A DNA stretch of 37,626 nucleotides, taken from assembly GCF_001194135.2 (NCBI RefSeq), contig NC_068988.1, positions 85,213,451 to 85,251,076 on the forward strand. The letters run 5' to 3'. This DNA comes from Octopus bimaculoides. Lineage: Eukaryota. The translations under genes and the position numbers were made by a program. Positions 35,151 through 37,626 of the stretch are shown here, in pieces (the first letter of the stretch is position 1; every line of letters starts with the position of its first letter). The notes under the pieces were generated by a model. The model was not told where the DNA came from. It did not search any database and worked only from the letters and a program-made list of their open reading frames with translations.

Positions 35151-35789
35151 GTGATAAATGACAAGGTTGCTGTTGATATAAATATTTAAACTATGTTCTG
35201 ACCATATAAGAGTCAGAGTAAGAAAAGGCTGGGAAAAGTCCAGGGATCTATTGCTTCTGCTGGTAACAAAGGGTTTCTCACTCAGTGTCAGAGGTAGATT
35301 TTATGAGGCTTATGAATGAACTGCAATACTTTTCTCTCCAAGTGATCACCAGATGAGGCAAAAAAGACTATTTGACTTTCTTGCCACAGCTTGTACATTG
35401 TGTCTCGAACTAGCGCTGCTCATCTGCAGCATTATCAAGCTAGAGAATCCTGAAAGTTGTCCTGAGTCCCTGGAATCATCTGTTTTGCTGATTATTGTTG
35501 ATAAACAGATGTGTGTGTGTGTGAGTTGATTCTGGGACTGTCATGGGTAATCGGCAATCATGATACTTTCTGAATGGCACACCTATTGAAAAGCTATTTT
35601 TAGGAGTGTAGCCAATCTGATGATGAGTCATGTCTTGGCCTGATTCGCGAAAAAATGCCTTTCTAGAAGAAGGGACAGTGCACATGGTCTTTGCAAGCTT
35701 TTCAAGACCAGTGAGGATGATGCTGTAAATACTCTGCTTAATCTATTGCAGATCAACATTACCAAGGAAGCCATGAGCAGAAAGAAATG

Positions 35790-36018
35790 GCGGCGAGCTG
35801 GCAGAATCGTTAGCATGCCGGGTCAAATGCTTAGCGGTATTTCACCTACCTTTATGTTCTGAGTTCAAATTCCGCCGAGGTCGACTTTGCCTTTCATCCT
35901 TCCAGGGTCAATTAAATAAGTACCAGTTACGCTCTGGGGGTCGATGTAATCGATTTAATCCCTTTGTCTGTCCTTGTTTGTCCCCTCTATGTTTAGCTCC
36001 CTGTGGGCAATAAAGAAG
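35790..36018 (+). mobile_element. major-family SINE, near-consensus
   Basis: ggcgagctggcagaatcgttagcatgccggg...ctgtgggcaataaagaa. Confidence 0.85.
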
Positions 36019-36019
36019 C

Positions 36020-36330
36020 ATGAACAGAAAGAAGATGACAGAAGGTCAATGTTCCAGAGGAGAAGAACCAGGTATATTGGTTATAACAGAGCTGGTGGAG
36101 TTAGATCTGTCAAAGCAACAAGGTTGATGAGAGGTGGAGAGACATGTGGGTCAGGTTTGCCTGAGTGGAGGAAGTACAAGACCAATAAGCTAAGGAACAG
36201 AGACCATTAGAGAATGCCGGAGATACTCTTGCCAACCAAGTAGCCCACTGTAGTGTGCAAAGGTTGACTTACTACGAGCCACGTTACCTGACTGCTAGAG
36301 AAGTGTGAGCACTTGACAACATTCCAGATG
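36020..36330 (-). pseudogene. possible CR1-like LINE 3' remnant
   Basis: Frameshifted YNQYT..FF....PLWN-like segment, similar to the CR1 ORF2 C-terminal FFPRT..LWN motif. Confidence 0.3.
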
Positions 36331-36331
36331 C

Positions 36332-36370
<39 letters not shown>

Positions 36371-36921
36371 TCATCATCATCATCATCATCATCACTCTAT
36401 TCAACACATCTTATTCATAAATAGATCTGCGCACATGCGCACAAGCCTTCATCATTAGCACAGTTATGTATAATTCCTGGGTCTGTTTGAAAGCAGATAT
36501 AGAGAAGAAACATTGATGGAAATGGTTATTGTATGATGCTGTAGACATATAAACATATATTCGGCTCATAGTGAGGAACTGAGGAATTTTGGTTGTCTTA
36601 ATCACTTTCGGTGAGTTAGTAGACAACATACACCAGCTAGCGTCTCTTAGCACAAATATTTACCAACTAACTGATAGGTGTGTACTAAAAATACACTTCT
36701 AAAAATACGTTGCCAACAACATATTTCGTGTGAAGAACATGCATACATATATACATACATTCATACATACATACATATGTGTGTGTGCTTGTGTGTATGC
36801 TTCTATATGTGCCATTTTACACATACACATGTGCGCATGCACACACACACACACAGACAACAAACAGTTTAGTTATGCTTAATACATATGTGCATGTGTA
36901 TATGTGAATGTGTGTGAATGC

Positions 36922-36968
<47 letters not shown>

Positions 36969-37626
36969 TGACCGAATCGGCAGAGCATCAGGCAGAATAT
37001 CTCGTTGAACAGTAGCATTTGGTTTCATCTTTCGCAATCCAACCCAGACCGAGTTTGCCTTTCGTCCTTCTGAGTTCTATAAGCTACATATACTAGGGTC
37101 ACTATAGCTAACTACATTAGACAGTGTTGCCCCAACATGACCACAATCCAATGACCAAAATCAACAAATGAATACATAGATCTCATGCGCACACACACAC
37201 ACATATGCGTCTTAGATCTTAGATCTGCCATGAGTCTTCAGATACATTAGGGCAGATCTTTCCTGGTTTCCATGGTATATAATCACCCTAATGACCCAAA
37301 CAAACACCAACTTTGCTGCTGCTGCTGCTGTTTGCTCATACTCATTTTCAGCTTTGCAGGGTGAAGCAATGTGAAATGAAGTGTCTTGCTTAAGAGCAGA
37401 ACATGCTGCCTGATCTGGAAATGGAAACCACAACTTTATGATTGTGAATCCAAAACCCTAACCACTAAGCCATATGCCATCAAATGTATGCGTGTGTGTA
37501 TATACACACAATGTGTGTATTTATGTATGCATCTATATATATATATTTATGTGTATATGTATGTCTATACATATGTATGTAAGTATGAATATATATATGT
37601 GTGTGTGTGTATATATATATATATAT

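Noticed and set aside
35612-35665. CTGATGA...CGAAA hammerhead-like match
   Set aside because: Stem II forms but stem I does not pair, and the region looks like a decayed LINE fragment. Likely chance.

Overview
AT-rich, microsatellite- and SINE-dense animal DNA with several N gaps. The repeat families and intron style resemble an octopus or other coleoid draft scaffold (inference). The one host gene is IFT74 on the minus strand: six small GT-AG exons (24293-24351, 20435-20481, 16243-16300, 7750-7827, 6926-6974, 1921-1981) join in frame to encode the basic N-terminal tail and the start of the coiled coil. The start exon and one expected internal exon (~99 nt) are not visible and may lie in gaps, and the gene continues past position 1. 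Everything else is intronic or upstream mobile DNA: tRNA-derived SINEs, RTE 3' ends, a decayed R4/Dong-type LINE, CRE-, CR1/L2- and Tc1-like remnants, a GC-rich decayed hAT transposase and several hairpin MITEs. The most unusual signal is a set of type I hammerhead-ribozyme-like motifs with palindromic (dimer-type) stem III and variant cores, three of them in remnants ending at (TA)n tracts as expected of Penelope pseudo-LTRs. One pair sits in a 290-bp loop-less palindrome (15136-15425) that would lock the ribozyme into dsRNA. Most ORFs in the supplied track are microsatellite or N-gap artefacts.
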